DNA of 64,000 nt from Epithemia pelagica (Eukaryota > Protista > Bacillariophyta): contig OX337234.1 in the NCBI GenBank assembly GCA_946965045.2, forward strand, positions 248,001 to 312,000. The letters are read 5' to 3'. Shown here piece after piece: positions 21,033-32,685 of the stretch (position 1 is the first letter of the stretch; each line of letters starts with the position of its first letter). The notes under the pieces are model-generated. The model saw only the letters and a list, made by a program, of their open reading frames with translations. It had not been told where the DNA came from and made no database searches. The position numbers and the translations under genes are program-made.

Positions 21033-22350
21033 TTGACCTGAATACCTGCATGACAAACAACAAAAAGAAAAATTCGTAGTGAGTAACATCGTAGCAAAAA
21101 GAATTATGACAAGATCTTGTGCGAGGTGCAAGCAGTTCCGATTGTGATGCGAAGCACAGACTGGATACGCCTCATCACATGCTACGTAGAACCACGTGAA
21201 AGGTCATCGGATGGTCGGGAGGATTGTACCAGTGTAGAATGTCGTTTCAATAACAAAAAGGTGCTGAAACGACATGAAGGGCTTAATCGTTTTGGAGGGG
21301 AAGTGCCTTCTCCCCTCTGAAAGAAGCTTGGAGCTTCCTAGAACATTTCATACGTCAGAGGAAACAAACGTGAGACTGCGAGCAATACGCGGATCGATTT
21401 CATGAAGGAATCTGACTTACGGAATCTCCTTCTTCTCTCCTTCTCTCTCCCCCTCCTCTCCCCCTCTCCTCTGCCTTCTCCCCCCCTATTTTCGGCTCGG
21501 GCTGTCGGGAACGGGACCTAACATTACTCCCAAGTTTTTGAAATGTTAGTCGCATTGGAGTCACCTTCGTCTTATGTATTGAATGGACCACAGAAGATAA
21601 GAAGACCATCTTTTCCCCCACTCTGGAGAGACTACAGCCTCAAGATCTCGTCCTGATACGGGACTCACTATCCGTGACACGTCTCATAAAGGCGACCAAT
21701 AATGTCGCACCGGCACCCGGCACCTCTTGTTTATAAGAGAGAGTCCGGCGAGATGAAATTTTTCTCAGAACGATGCCATCGCCACATTTTTCGGAGACTC
21801 TTCACCAAAAACGGAGCAGTTGTGCAAAGGGCAAAGCACATGGTACCAAAACGGAGTGATGGCTGAACGGAGCGAAACCATCATAATTTGTATTGGCCTA
21901 TACGCAATGGCCGGGACGCAGAACTTTGTCGTCAAAAGGGTCCACATTATGTGGGCAAATACTTGTTGACAACGAACAGCGGGAAAACGACGCGGGACAA
22001 CAGACATTCTGGCCGCAACCACCGAAAAACTCCCACCATAGCAGAGTCCGCAAAAACCTTTTATGCGACACAGTGAGAAGCAGCAACCACCACGACGACC
22101 TCACCAAAAATTTATTGCGGCATTGCAGCAGTGAGAGGGTGAAAGAGCACGACAATTTTGAGCCGGGGGACTCTGTAATCATGAGCACTGGGAATGGAAA
22201 ACATATGAAAGAATGATATGCAACCAGCGCAAGACATGTTGCAAGAGACACAATTTCATAGTCATCCGAGATTGCAAGGCCACAAAACAAGGTTGATCAA
22301 TCGTTTTGGATCTCCGGAAAACCGAAAACAAAAGCAAGATATCATCAATC

Positions 22351-22824
22351 ATGAAGCTCCATGGGGTCTCGATGCACTCTGTTCTCCTACTTGTTGGTAT
22401 GACACCCACGTCTGTCCTGTCTACAACTTGGGACACCACTGCAGAAACCCAGGTACAGCAACAGTACAACAAGGACGAGCAGGCCAACCCCCAGGACGTC
22501 AGCAATCATGCAGCGACCAGAAACCTTGGAATGGAAGAAGGAGATCTGACAGCTGTTGATCCCATTCCGGGAGAGGGTGGCAAGAAGGGAGGCAAGGGCG
22601 GTTGTGGTGATGCTGAAGATGGTGGTGGCAAGGGCGGCAAGGGCATGGATTCTGGTGGTCACCGTCGTAATCGTGGTGCCCGCAAGAATCGTCGTTTCTT
22701 GTCGTCAGGTAAGCGTGAAAGTTATAGTAGTGATGGTGGAGCTCTCGCGGCTGGAGATACTGGCGGTCCGATTTGATGTGCTGAGGCAGAGTTTGAGGAC
22801 GGTGGTGTCGAACATGGTGTCTAG
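22351..22824 (+). pseudogene. Small secreted Gly/Lys-rich protein G1, with a premature TGA at 22774-22776
   Basis: Hydrophobic N-terminus, GKKGGKGG/GKGGKG motifs and RRFL. The paralog at 32485-32685 has GGA where this copy has TGA and reads on through CAEAEFE. Confidence 0.5.
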
Positions 22825-23758
22825 GAATATAGCCAGACGATAACCTATCTAGTATAGAATATTCGATCGTACACAACAGAACCGAACGAGAGGACGGGTT
22901 CTGTATAGTTCCACAACAACTACGGTATTCTAGAGATGGTATTTTTTCTCAAATGTTGAGACAGGAATACCTGTCGTCCCATCTACCAGCCAAACAGAGC
23001 TGACAAAAATCCATCCATCATGGAGGGTTCCTCGGCTTTTGGTGGAGTGTGTCGTATGGAATGATATGATATAATATAATATAATATCCTATCCGTGGCG
23101 TGCCTTTTTGTAAAAGGATTCAGAGAGATACTAGGTAGATTCTTCGAGTCTTCTATTTCTATCGCTACTCATTGGGTGGAGCTTTCATGCCACATAGCTT
23201 CATGCCTCAACAGAGGCGACCTATGAGCGTCTCATATACCGCTCCCATCACTGACGTGGTTTTGGCATGTCTCCCACATTTGCTTTTGGCCATGACGGAA
23301 TTAGTTGTGGTGTTGTCCGTTGTCCTCATTTGTCAATCCCCTCTGTCTTGTCGGTCATGTCGAATTCGTTGTGAGGAAGACCATAAGAAGAACCACGAGA
23401 AGAAGAGAGAGAGCGCGGAGTATGCAGATTTTTTCTCGTCGAGAGAGAGTTTGGTGAGATCCAGAAACATGAAACATGAGTGACCGGAACGATGCGATGC
23501 TATCTGTGTTCCGAAGACTCTTTTCCATACCAGAAACGGAGCGATCGATCCGGTAGTATGATACCATATCGACAAGACATAGAGTAGTAGCATTCAAACG
23601 ATGGATGACTGCCACCACACCGGACCACAGAAAGGTCCCTTCATGGAGGAGAGACAGGGACAGTCACTACTAGTTACGGTGACGAACCAACAAGACATAA
23701 ATTGCGATACATAACCTGATGGATGGATTGCCCATAAAGAGTGAAACAAGAAATCATC

Positions 23759-24175
23759 ATGGAACTTTGTTGGGCCTCGATGCAAACCATGCTTGTTTTG
23801 GTACTTGTTCGAAGCACACCCACGACGGTACTGGCTACTTCTGGAACAATGGAGGCCGATGCCCTTCCAGGAGAGGGTAGTGGCAAGAAAGGCATAGGAG
23901 GCTAGGGCGATTGTGGCGATGGAAAAGGAGGCAAGGGCATGGGTTCCAGTCGTCGCCGTCGTGCTCGCAAGAAGAATCGCTTCTTGTCTTTGGGCAAGAG
24001 TGGTGGTAAAGATGATGGTGGCGATTCAGCTGGTGGTGAAGACGTCCTCTCCGGAGTGGTGATTGGTTTTGCCGAAGGAGCGGCGAAAGAAGATGTATTT
24101 GACGGCGTTGAGGAGCCCACCATGGTGGATTTCGGAGGTGACCGAGTACCTGGACCGGATCGATTTTCAACCTAG
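23759..24175 (+). pseudogene. Small secreted Gly/Lys-rich protein G2, with an internal TAG at 23903-23905
   Basis: Colinear with the intact paralog 33693-34115, which has AAG at the matching codon. Confidence 0.65.
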
Positions 24176-24875
24176 AATCGTACCACGAAGCAACGCATCT
24201 GGTCTTCATGCGCGGACGTTGTCCCTCGGAATGATGCCCTCTGTTTTTCCTGATTGAATGAAATCAACCAATCCGCCCAAAAGGCAATTAAACAATCTTT
24301 GCATTCATGTAGATGCTTGTTTGTCGCTGTGGAGATGTGCGATGTGACGGCGTATCTACGGTTGTGAAAGGATTGTATGCTTCTTTCATCCCCCGGGTCA
24401 AAGATTCATGGAAACGGTACAAACGCCATGGTCGTTCGAGAGACAAATTCAACTCTCAATGATACGGCGACCGGCGGCAGCATGGATCGTGGAAACAAGT
24501 GTTCCTCCATACGAACAAGCACCTCTTGCGTTCACTGCCGGTCCATGAAGGTATCTCCTCTCAACCCACGAAACCCGCACCTCGAGTCATTGCACACGAC
24601 AGCTATAGCATGCGTGATGGATTTGGATCAATCAAATCGTGTTCGATAAAGAACGAGCGAGAATCAGTCGTCGGAACAACAAGCTTAGGAACGAGAACGA
24701 AACACGACCATGGGTGGGTCGAAACACATTCATCATACCACACATGCTGTTCGTTGGAATGAACACTGGTTCGACTTGACTGCACCCACCAAACTGTTCC
24801 TGCATACCTCAATCAAGAAAGCAGTGCTACATCGCTTTGTAGAACCTTTTTGACCTGTTCCACTTGCCTACAGGG

Positions 24876-26039
24876 ATGAAGATCCAGGAACAAGCGTTGT
24901 TGTCAGGGTTGGTCTTTGCTGATAGCAAAGACAAAATAGAACCACATTGGAGGCCATCTGATAAAAACTGGTCACCACTCTTCGGACGGCATGTGTGGGG
25001 CCACGGGTTGCTTGTTGTTCCTCATCCAAACATGATACACGACAAGATGGTGGTTCTGTTGGGAGGATGTCCGGGCTCTTCTGTAACAAATTTGGTTAGT
25101 CTCTTGAAGGTTGGCGAAAACAGGTGGCAAAACGCGACGCCTTTACAAGAAAAACGAGTAGACCTTGCTTCTGTGGTATGCAATGGCGCTGTTTACGCTA
25201 TTGGCGGATACAACGGCCACAATGCTTTGGATACTATTGAACGTATCCATGTCGACGATTTACTTCATTCATCATTGTCATCGTCTTCCAAGAATAGCTC
25301 CACGGGATGGAAGATGTTAAATTGTCGTTTGACGAGTAAACGATTAGGCTGCGCCGCTGTAGCAGTTTCCGACAGATTTATTGTGGTGGCGGGGGGATGC
25401 AATTTAAGTCCCCGCAAATGCTTATCATCCGTTGATATCCTGGACACGGCATCTGGAAACCCGTATTCAGTCGTACCTGGACCATCCTTGAAAATAGCTC
25501 GAAGGGATTTTGCAATGGCTGTGGTTGGTTCACGCATCTTTGCTGTTGGTGGGTGGTGGGGACCATACTGCGATGATTGTCTGGAATCTGTCGAATACCT
25601 GGAGTTTGATGACTGGTTGGATGCTCCAACTTCCACCCCCAGTGTCGCATTGCCCACAAAGTCCTGGACCGTCGACAAGGAACTGATTTTGAACATACCT
25701 AGAGCTGTATTTGGTGCAGTCCAAGTGGGCTCCTGTCTGGTTGTTGCAGGAGGACGGGTTGCCGGGGGTGAAGGCGTACGTTCTGTGGAGGTTTTGGATA
25801 CTGTGAGAAACATGGTTTGGGAGCTTCCGGACTTGACCGTAAGGAGGGGTGTTTGTGGCCTGGCGTCCTTGTCAAATGCTCTTGCTGTGATTACTCGTGA
25901 TAGTCGAATGGAATTGTCGTGTGAAACACTGTCACTTGTGGACAAGAAGAGTTGGCTCTTTGCACGGTTGTTAGAGATCGGCAAAGTTCCAACCTCACCT
26001 GGGCAATCGTGTGGAATTAGTACAACACGCTTATCCTGA
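24876..26039 (+). CDS. Kelch-repeat beta-propeller protein K1
   Basis: Repeated GG-x-Y/W Kelch signatures (VLLGG, AVYAIGGYNG..LDTIE, IVVAGG..SSVDILD, IFAVGG..SVEY, LVVAGG..SVEVLD..W). The start at ATG 24876 is inferred; the ORF track starts at TTG 24864. Confidence 0.85.
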   Translation: MKIQEQALLSGLVFADSKDKIEPHWRPSDKNWSPLFGRHVWGHGLLVVPHPNMIHDKMVVLLGGCPGSSVTNLVSLLKVGENRWQNATPLQEKRVDLASVVCNGAVYAIGGYNGHNALDTIERIHVDDLLHSSLSSSSKNSSTGWKMLNCRLTSKRLGCAAVAVSDRFIVVAGGCNLSPRKCLSSVDILDTASGNPYSVVPGPSLKIARRDFAMAVVGSRIFAVGGWWGPYCDDCLESVEYLEFDDWLDAPTSTPSVALPTKSWTVDKELILNIPRAVFGAVQVGSCLVVAGGRVAGGEGVRSVEVLDTVRNMVWELPDLTVRRGVCGLASLSNALAVITRDSRMELSCETLSLVDKKSWLFARLLEIGKVPTSPGQSCGISTTRLS

Positions 26040-26578
26040 AGCTTGTCTTTGGACCCTGAGTGTGGACGAGGTTCTGTGGTAATGTGCCATGGTAGGTAGC
26101 TAGGAATTGAAAACTTTTTTTGTGCCATGATTTGTTGCCACGTTGAATAGGAAGAAGCATGAAAAATTGAGGAGACAAAAGCTTTGTCCCACAAATATCT
26201 TGATCAATGCATCCATCCGTTGCCTCGGCACATGCCAAAGTCTCTGGTGAACTATGTTGGTACTCCTACTAGTAGATACCGATTGGAATTTGAGACCTGC
26301 CACGTCTTTTTTGGTCGACTGTTCCCCATCGTGGATATGGTCTTCGGCTAGTGGCTCTACTAGCGGGCGAACTGTGTCAATAGTATTCACCAACGACCGA
26401 TATAGACTCACACATTGATCCGTATTTCTTCTCTCTAGTAGAGGCAGAGAAATGGAGATCCATCTCCAATGCCATATTTATCCATCTCAAAATGGGATAT
26501 AGAGCCATATATCCATAGCTCTTTCGTACGCATTATCTATCCACATAGCATATACAAAAGCGACCTATCCACGTCTCA

Positions 26579-27319
26579 ATGCCATCGCACACGCACTTAC
26601 CCCCAAGTAGGGGTGAGTGGTCGGGTCGCATGTGTGTCGTGCTTTTGGTGAGTAACATTGACGGTGCTAAGGAGGCCATCATGGTAGATTACGGAGCTGA
26701 CCGAGCTGTGGATGGGTTGGGACCGTGGACCGAACATTGCAAGTTCGTAATGTATAGGGTCCATTATTGTCCACGAAAGAAGCGCGTACGGGTCAGGTAT
26801 GCATACTCGGACGTCCTCCTTCGGATTGCCCTGCCCTCTTTCCTGGTCATGGAGACAAGAAATCCACCAACCATAATCACCCGCTCCAAAAATGCAGGCA
26901 ATCCATCCATTCCTGTAGATCTGAGTGCTGTGACGCCATATCCAGTCCAGTTTTGGGGGAAGGTTTGTTTGCGTCTTCATTGCCGTACCATCCCGAGGAT
27001 CAAGGATCCATGGGACCGTACCAAAGCCATTGTCGATCGAGAGAGAAATTCCCCTTTCGAAGAGATGGATGTGGACTGCGGCCGAGGGCGGCCTGTGGAT
27101 ATGGGGAACAAGCAATTGTTCTTATGGGTATTTGGTTTCAACGAGCGCACGTTACGCCTGTTTTGGATCACATCTGAATCAACACCTCTCGTGTTCACTC
27201 CCGATCCGTGGAGGTACCTGATCTCAACCCACGAAACCGCTCCGTTTTTTGCCTCGAATCAGTGCAAATGGCAATTTGTTTGTGCGATGGATTTGGATCG
27301 ATTGTATCATGTTCGATGA
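26579..27319 (+). CDS. 246-aa ORF X of uncertain status; decayed homologous segments lie upstream of other Kelch genes
   Basis: KEAIMVDYGADRA resembles the G2 tail EEATMVDFGRGRA. DMGNK and VCAMDLD match broken frames at 24377-24649 and 34168-34662. Confidence 0.3.
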   Translation: MPSHTHLPPSRGEWSGRMCVVLLVSNIDGAKEAIMVDYGADRAVDGLGPWTEHCKFVMYRVHYCPRKKRVRVRYAYSDVLLRIALPSFLVMETRNPPTIITRSKNAGNPSIPVDLSAVTPYPVQFWGKVCLRLHCRTIPRIKDPWDRTKAIVDRERNSPFEEMDVDCGRGRPVDMGNKQLFLWVFGFNERTLRLFWITSESTPLVFTPDPWRYLISTHETAPFFASNQCKWQFVCAMDLDRLYHVR

Positions 27320-27623
27320 AGAACGAGCGAGCACTCCGTTTCGTGCCTCGAATCATTGCACACGGCGAGCATGTGCGATGCACTTCGATCGGTCAAATTG
27401 TGCTCGTTGAAGAACGAGCAAGGATCATTTGTTTGTAACAAGAAACGAAGGAACGAGAACAAAGCACGGCCATGGGTCGGTCAAAACACATCCATCACAC
27501 ATTGTTCGTTGGAATGAACAATGGTTCTATTTGGCTTCACTCACAAAACCGTCCCTGGATATAACAAGAAGTGCTGCATCGCTCCTCCTAGACGGACCTT
27601 TGCCCTGTTCGACCAAAAAAACC

Positions 27624-28780
27624 ATGCCAACAAGGATGAAGATCCAGGAACAAGCTTTGTTGTCAGGATTGGTCTTTGCCGATAGCAACGATAGAAAAGA
27701 ACCGCAGTGGAGGCCATCTGGTACACATTGGCCTCCACTCTTGGAACGGCATGTGAGCGACCACGGGTTGGTTGTCGTTCATTTCATTATCCACACACGA
27801 ACCACGACAATTTTGTGGTTTTGTTGGGGGGATGGACGGGACGTCCTTTTGATGGCACAACAAATTGGGTAAGTCTTCTGAATTATGGCGAGAAACGGTG
27901 GGAAAATAGACCGCCTCTTCAAGACAAACGAAGAAATCTTGCTTCTGTGGTTTGCAACGGCGCTGTTTACGCCATTGGCGGATACAACGGCCACACTGAC
28001 TTGGATACTATTGAACGTATTCCTGTCGGTGATTTACTCCATTCATCATCTTCGTCTTCCTGCAACAGCACCAAGGGATGGAAGATGTTGAAGTGTCGTT
28101 TAACAAGTGAACGATCAAACTGCGCCGCTGTCGCTGTTTTGGACAGATTTATTGTGGTGGCGGGCGGATGTATTTCTCATGTCTACAAAGAATTATCATC
28201 TGTTGATATCTTGGACACGGCATTTGGAAACCCGTGTTCGGTCGTATCGGGTCCATCGTTGCAAGAATGTCGAAGAGATTTTGCCATGGCTGTGGTTGGT
28301 TCACGCATCTATGCTGTTGGTGGGTGGCGGGGATTGGTCGAATACCTAGAGTTTGATGACTGGTTGGATCCTGTCACATCCACTGTCGCATTGTCCACAA
28401 AGTCCTGGACCATTCATAAGGAACTCATTCTTAACATACCAAGAGCTCGATTTCTTGCAGTCCAAGTGGGCTCCTGTATTGTTGTTGCAGGAGGATTTGG
28501 TGTCAGGGGTTTAGGCGTACGCGCGGTCGAGGTTGTGGATACTGTGAGAAATACGACCTGGGTGCTTCCGGATGTGACAATAAGTTTGGTGAGGGGTGTT
28601 TGTGGCATCATGCCCTTATCGAATGCTCTTTCTGTGATTACTCGTGATAGTCGAATGGAATTTTGGTGTGAAACACTGTCACTTGTGGACCAGAAGAGTT
28701 GGCTTTTTGCACATTTGTTGGACATTGGCAAAGTTCCAACCTCACCTGGGCCATTTTTTGGCAGTAGTACAAAACGCTAA
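27624..28780 (+). pseudogene. Kelch-repeat protein K2, frameshifted
   Basis: A 5-bp insertion (ATTTC, 27781-27785) relative to K3 splits the gene into ORFs 27429-27872 and 27707-28780. Confidence 0.75.
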
Positions 28781-30115
28781 TCCTGAACCTCGTCCAAAGT
28801 TGTGTTGGATACTATTGGCAAAATTCCAACCTCACCTGGGTCATCATTGACATGCTTTTCTTTGGTTCCTGCGTGAAAGAGGTTCTGTGGCGATGGGCCC
28901 TTTTAGCCACCAAGGAATTGAAAACGTGTCGTGGCATGACTTGTTGCAACGTTGAATGGGAAGAGGCATGAAAAAGGAGAGGAGGATGTTAAAAGCTTTG
29001 TTCCACAAATATGTTGTTCAATCTGTGCCATGGTGTTAGTTTCTTTTTGGCATCCTTTTGTCGCGAATAGATAGTCTCGAATCCATGCAGTATATAGTTT
29101 CAGCTCCTAGCACATCCTGCAGTTTTGACATTGAACGAATCGATCCCTTGCCTCGGTACATACGCCTACGTCTCTGGTGAACTCATAGGTACTTCCCACT
29201 ACCGATTGGAATTCGACGACTGCCTCGTTTTTGGGGGGTTCTGGACTGTTCCCCATTATGGAAATACTCCTATATGGTCTTTGCCTAGTGCCAACAGCAA
29301 GGGAACTCTGTGTCAATATCATATGATTCTCCAATGACCGAAAGACCCACATTGGTCACAATATTTCTTCTCTCTAAGCCGAGAAAGGGAGATCTAGATC
29401 CATCTCCAATGGGATACAAGATAGAGCCATCTATGGCCATCGTAGTATTCAGCTAGCACAAAATCTATCCATAGCATCTACAAAATCCTTGCCATCTTAC
29501 AGAGTGACAATGGCGCACACACACCGATCATCGGTATTAGCCCTCTCTGTTCGACCGAACCAGAAACCAGAAAAGATCTGGAGTTGGTGCTGGTGAATGC
29601 AAACGAGAAAATCTAGATTGGCCTCACAAGCCAAAAGGGTTTTCTTTACAAGTCTCTTGATTGGTCATTTATTTTCCTTACCAGGATGATGATGACAACA
29701 CTGCTACTACTTCTAATTTCGTGGACCCCTTACACCATGGTCGCTGCCTTTGGTTTGACTGCGTGGTCGTTTTATCCTTGTGTGTGCGAATGAGGGCAAC
29801 TTTTCATCCAGCATTGTTAAACTCTTGATCAAAAGCATGCAGGGTTCGATGCTGGACCAGGTGATTTTGTTTCGTTGAACGAGACAGAATGGGCCCTTTT
29901 GCAATAAAGTACTGCATCGGCCGGTCAGCTAATATCACAGCAAAAACCAATGGACGGTACAATGTCATTCAAGAGTTATGCTTATAAAGAGTTCGAACGG
30001 ATGAACAACAAGAACAAAAGGAGTTGTCCTCTCGAACCAAGGACAGCGTGGGCGGTGGACTTCATTGTGGAGGTCTTGGAGGTCGCGGTCCAGTAGTCTT
30101 TGATGACTGACTGGT

Positions 30116-30361
30116 TTGTCTCTTTACGATGAGTCGCAAAAGTTCCGAGCAGCTCTTTCTGCGACGGGTGATCGCGTAGGCATTGGTGGAAACGAGGCCC
30201 AGATGGAAGAGTTATTTGACGGTGCTGAGAAGCTCACCATGGTGCGTTTCGGAGGTGGTCGAGCTGTGGAGGTGTCGGGACCTGGAACGAACATGGGAAA
30301 TGCTTACTGCGTTGGATTAGATTGTCAAAGGAATCGCACTTTGAAACGACGCATCAAGTAG
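30116..30361 (+). pseudogene. Remnant of the 3' end of a G2-like gene
   Basis: VGIGGNEAQMEELFDGAEKLTMVRFGGGRA resembles VVIGCAEGSAATEDVFDGFEEATMVDFGRGRA. Confidence 0.45.
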
Positions 30362-30818
30362 GCATGCTCGGACGTCGTCCATCGAAATGCCCTCTATGAC
30401 GAATCAAGCAACCGTTATTCACTCAAAAGGCAATGCATCTATTCTGTCAGTCCAACGAACACATGACACGCCTGCATGCGAATCAGCACCTCTTTTGATC
30501 CGTCGAGGTGCGCCGTCTCCACCATCCGATTCTTTTCACTCAACACGTCGAGTCTCCCAACACAGCATGTATGTGATGGATTTGGATTGGTCGAATTGTG
30601 CTCCATGAAGAACGAGCGCGAATCAACAACAAACACACCAATGTCTACTTGATCACGGAACGAGAACGAAACAGTGAGTCGAAACGCATCCATAACCCAT
30701 CTTGTTTGTTCGAAGTAGACTTGACTGCATCCATCACAACGCTCCTGGCTGCCACAAAAAGGAAGCGCTCCTCGTAGAGGAAGGACCTTTTGCTGACCAA
30801 TTCCACAAAGAAAAATCA

Positions 30819-31958
30819 ATGCCGACAAGGATGAAGATCCAGGAACAAGCTTTGTTGTCAGGATTGGTTTTTGCCGACTGCAAGGACACCATAGAACAAC
30901 GTTGGAGGCCATCTAGTGATAATTGGCCTCCACTACATGGACATTACGGCTGGGGTCACGGGTTGGTTGTCGTTCATAATCCACACACGAACCACGACAA
31001 GTCGGTGGTTTTGTTGGGAGGATGGCCGGAACTTTTTGCTATTGGTATGACAAATTCGGTTAGTCTCTTGAACGTTGGGGAGAAAAGATGGCGAAATGGA
31101 CCGCCTCTCCAAGAAACACGAGGGTGTCTTGCTTCCGTTGTTTGCAATGGCGCTGTTTACGCCATTGGCGGATACAACGGCCAATCTGTTTTGGATTCAA
31201 TTGAACGTATCCCTGTCAGCGATTTACTTCATTCATTATCGTCAGCATGTTCCAGCAACAGCACCAAGGGATGGAAGATGCTGAAGTGTCGTTTGACGAG
31301 TAAACGATGTTGCTGCGCCACTGTACCTGTTTCTGACAGATTTATTGTGGTGGCGGGTGGATGCATTTCTGCTCTCGACAATGGCTTATCATCTGTTGAT
31401 ATTCTGGATACGGCATCTGGAAACAATTCAGTCGTATCTGGACCATCGTTGAAGGAAGGTCGATCGGAATTTACAATGGTTGTGGTAGGTCCCCGCATCT
31501 ATGTTGTTGGTGGGTTGGGGAAAGGAAGCCCCTTTGATCACCGAGAATCTGTCGAATACCTTGAGTTTGATGACTGGTTGGATCCTGTCACATCCACTGT
31601 GGCATTGTCGACAAAGACTTGGACCATCCACAAGGAACTCACTCTTAACATACCGAGAGCTGCATTTTATGCAGTCCAGGTTGGATCTTGTCTTGTTGTT
31701 GCGGGAGGATGCGATGACAGGGGTAAATGCGTACAATCTGTGGAGGTTTTGGATACTGTGAGAAACATGGTTTGGGAGCTTCCGGACTTGACAAAAAGTT
31801 TTGGGAGGGAAGTTTGTTGCATGATATCCTCTTCGAATGCTATTGCTGTGATTACTGGTGGGCAAGGAATGGAATTCTTGTTTGAAACACTGTCACTTGT
31901 GGACCAGAAGAGTTGGTTCTTTGCACGTTTGTTGGATATTGGCAAAGTTCCAATCTAA
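30819..31958 (+). CDS. Kelch-repeat beta-propeller protein K3
   Basis: Intact paralog with the same Kelch signatures. The frame is open upstream to 30702. Confidence 0.85.
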   Translation: MPTRMKIQEQALLSGLVFADCKDTIEQRWRPSSDNWPPLHGHYGWGHGLVVVHNPHTNHDKSVVLLGGWPELFAIGMTNSVSLLNVGEKRWRNGPPLQETRGCLASVVCNGAVYAIGGYNGQSVLDSIERIPVSDLLHSLSSACSSNSTKGWKMLKCRLTSKRCCCATVPVSDRFIVVAGGCISALDNGLSSVDILDTASGNNSVVSGPSLKEGRSEFTMVVVGPRIYVVGGLGKGSPFDHRESVEYLEFDDWLDPVTSTVALSTKTWTIHKELTLNIPRAAFYAVQVGSCLVVAGGCDDRGKCVQSVEVLDTVRNMVWELPDLTKSFGREVCCMISSSNAIAVITGGQGMEFLFETLSLVDQKSWFFARLLDIGKVPI

Positions 31959-32317
31959 GCCGGGTTATCTTTTGGAAGCAGTACAAGACGCTTATACTGA
32001 AGATCGGCTTTGGACCCTGTGTGAAAGAGGTTCTGTGGTGACGGGCCCTCTAGTAACTCGGAATTGAAAACTTGTAGTGTCATGACTGCCGTGTTATGGT
32101 TCGATTGTTTCCCATCCTGGAAATTGTCTCTGTGTTTTGGTAACTGCGAGCGAAAGGTGTCTATGCGATTTCCCATGGGCGCATGGACCCACATTGGTCA
32201 TCGGGCTTTCCTTGAAGACCGAGAACCTTTGATCTCGTTTCATCTCCCATAAGATAGAACAGAGCCATTCTATTTCTTCTCTGGGTCTAAAACTATCAAG
32301 ACAACAAGAAGGACGAG

Positions 32318-32685
32318 ATGACGATTCTCCGTACGAACAAGAACAGTGCGTTCATGGCAACTAAAGGCGATGCTCGTGGATTGATGGAAGGTCTCATTCC
32401 TGTAGACGGTGATCCTATTCCTGGCGACGGTGATCACATTCCGGGAGAGGGTGGCAAGATGGTGGTGGTAAGGGCGGCAAGGGCATGGATTCGGGTGGTC
32501 ACCGTCGTAATCGTCGTGCCCGCAAGAATCGTCGTTTCTTGTCGTCAGGCAAGCGTGAAAGTGATCGTGGTGGTGCAACTGCCGCGATTGAAGATGGTGG
32601 TGACCCGGATGGGTTGGTGGTGGGAGTGATTGGATGTGCCGAGGCCGAGTTTGAGGAGGACGGTGGTTTCGAACGTGGTCTCTAA
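32318..32685 (+). pseudogene. Degenerate G1 paralog
   Basis: VDGDPIPG..GEGGK and MDSGGHRRNRRARKNRRFLSSGK lie in two frames; no signal peptide. Confidence 0.55.

Larger units (their letters stand above)
5341..21493 (+). repeat. Head-to-tail tandem array, 4105-bp period: four ~3.85-kb units separated by three ~260-bp spacers
   Basis: ORF starts at 5385, 9490, 13595 and 17700 (exactly +4105). Identity begins at AAAAGAGGATACAC (5341/9446/13551/17656) and stops after TATTTTCG (~21493). Only about a dozen point differences were seen. Confidence 0.97.

Noticed and set aside
5341-21493. CRISPR-like or satellite array
   Set aside because: The units are 4.1-kb gene-bearing repeats with identical spacers; there are no short repeats with unique spacers and no cas genes.
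21500-22290. Short ORFs right of the array
   Set aside because: No recognisable motif in any frame and no similarity to the array spacer.
27869-27874. GTAAGT as an intron donor in K2
   Set aside because: Paralogs are colinear here (GTTAGT, coding VS), so it is a chance substitution.
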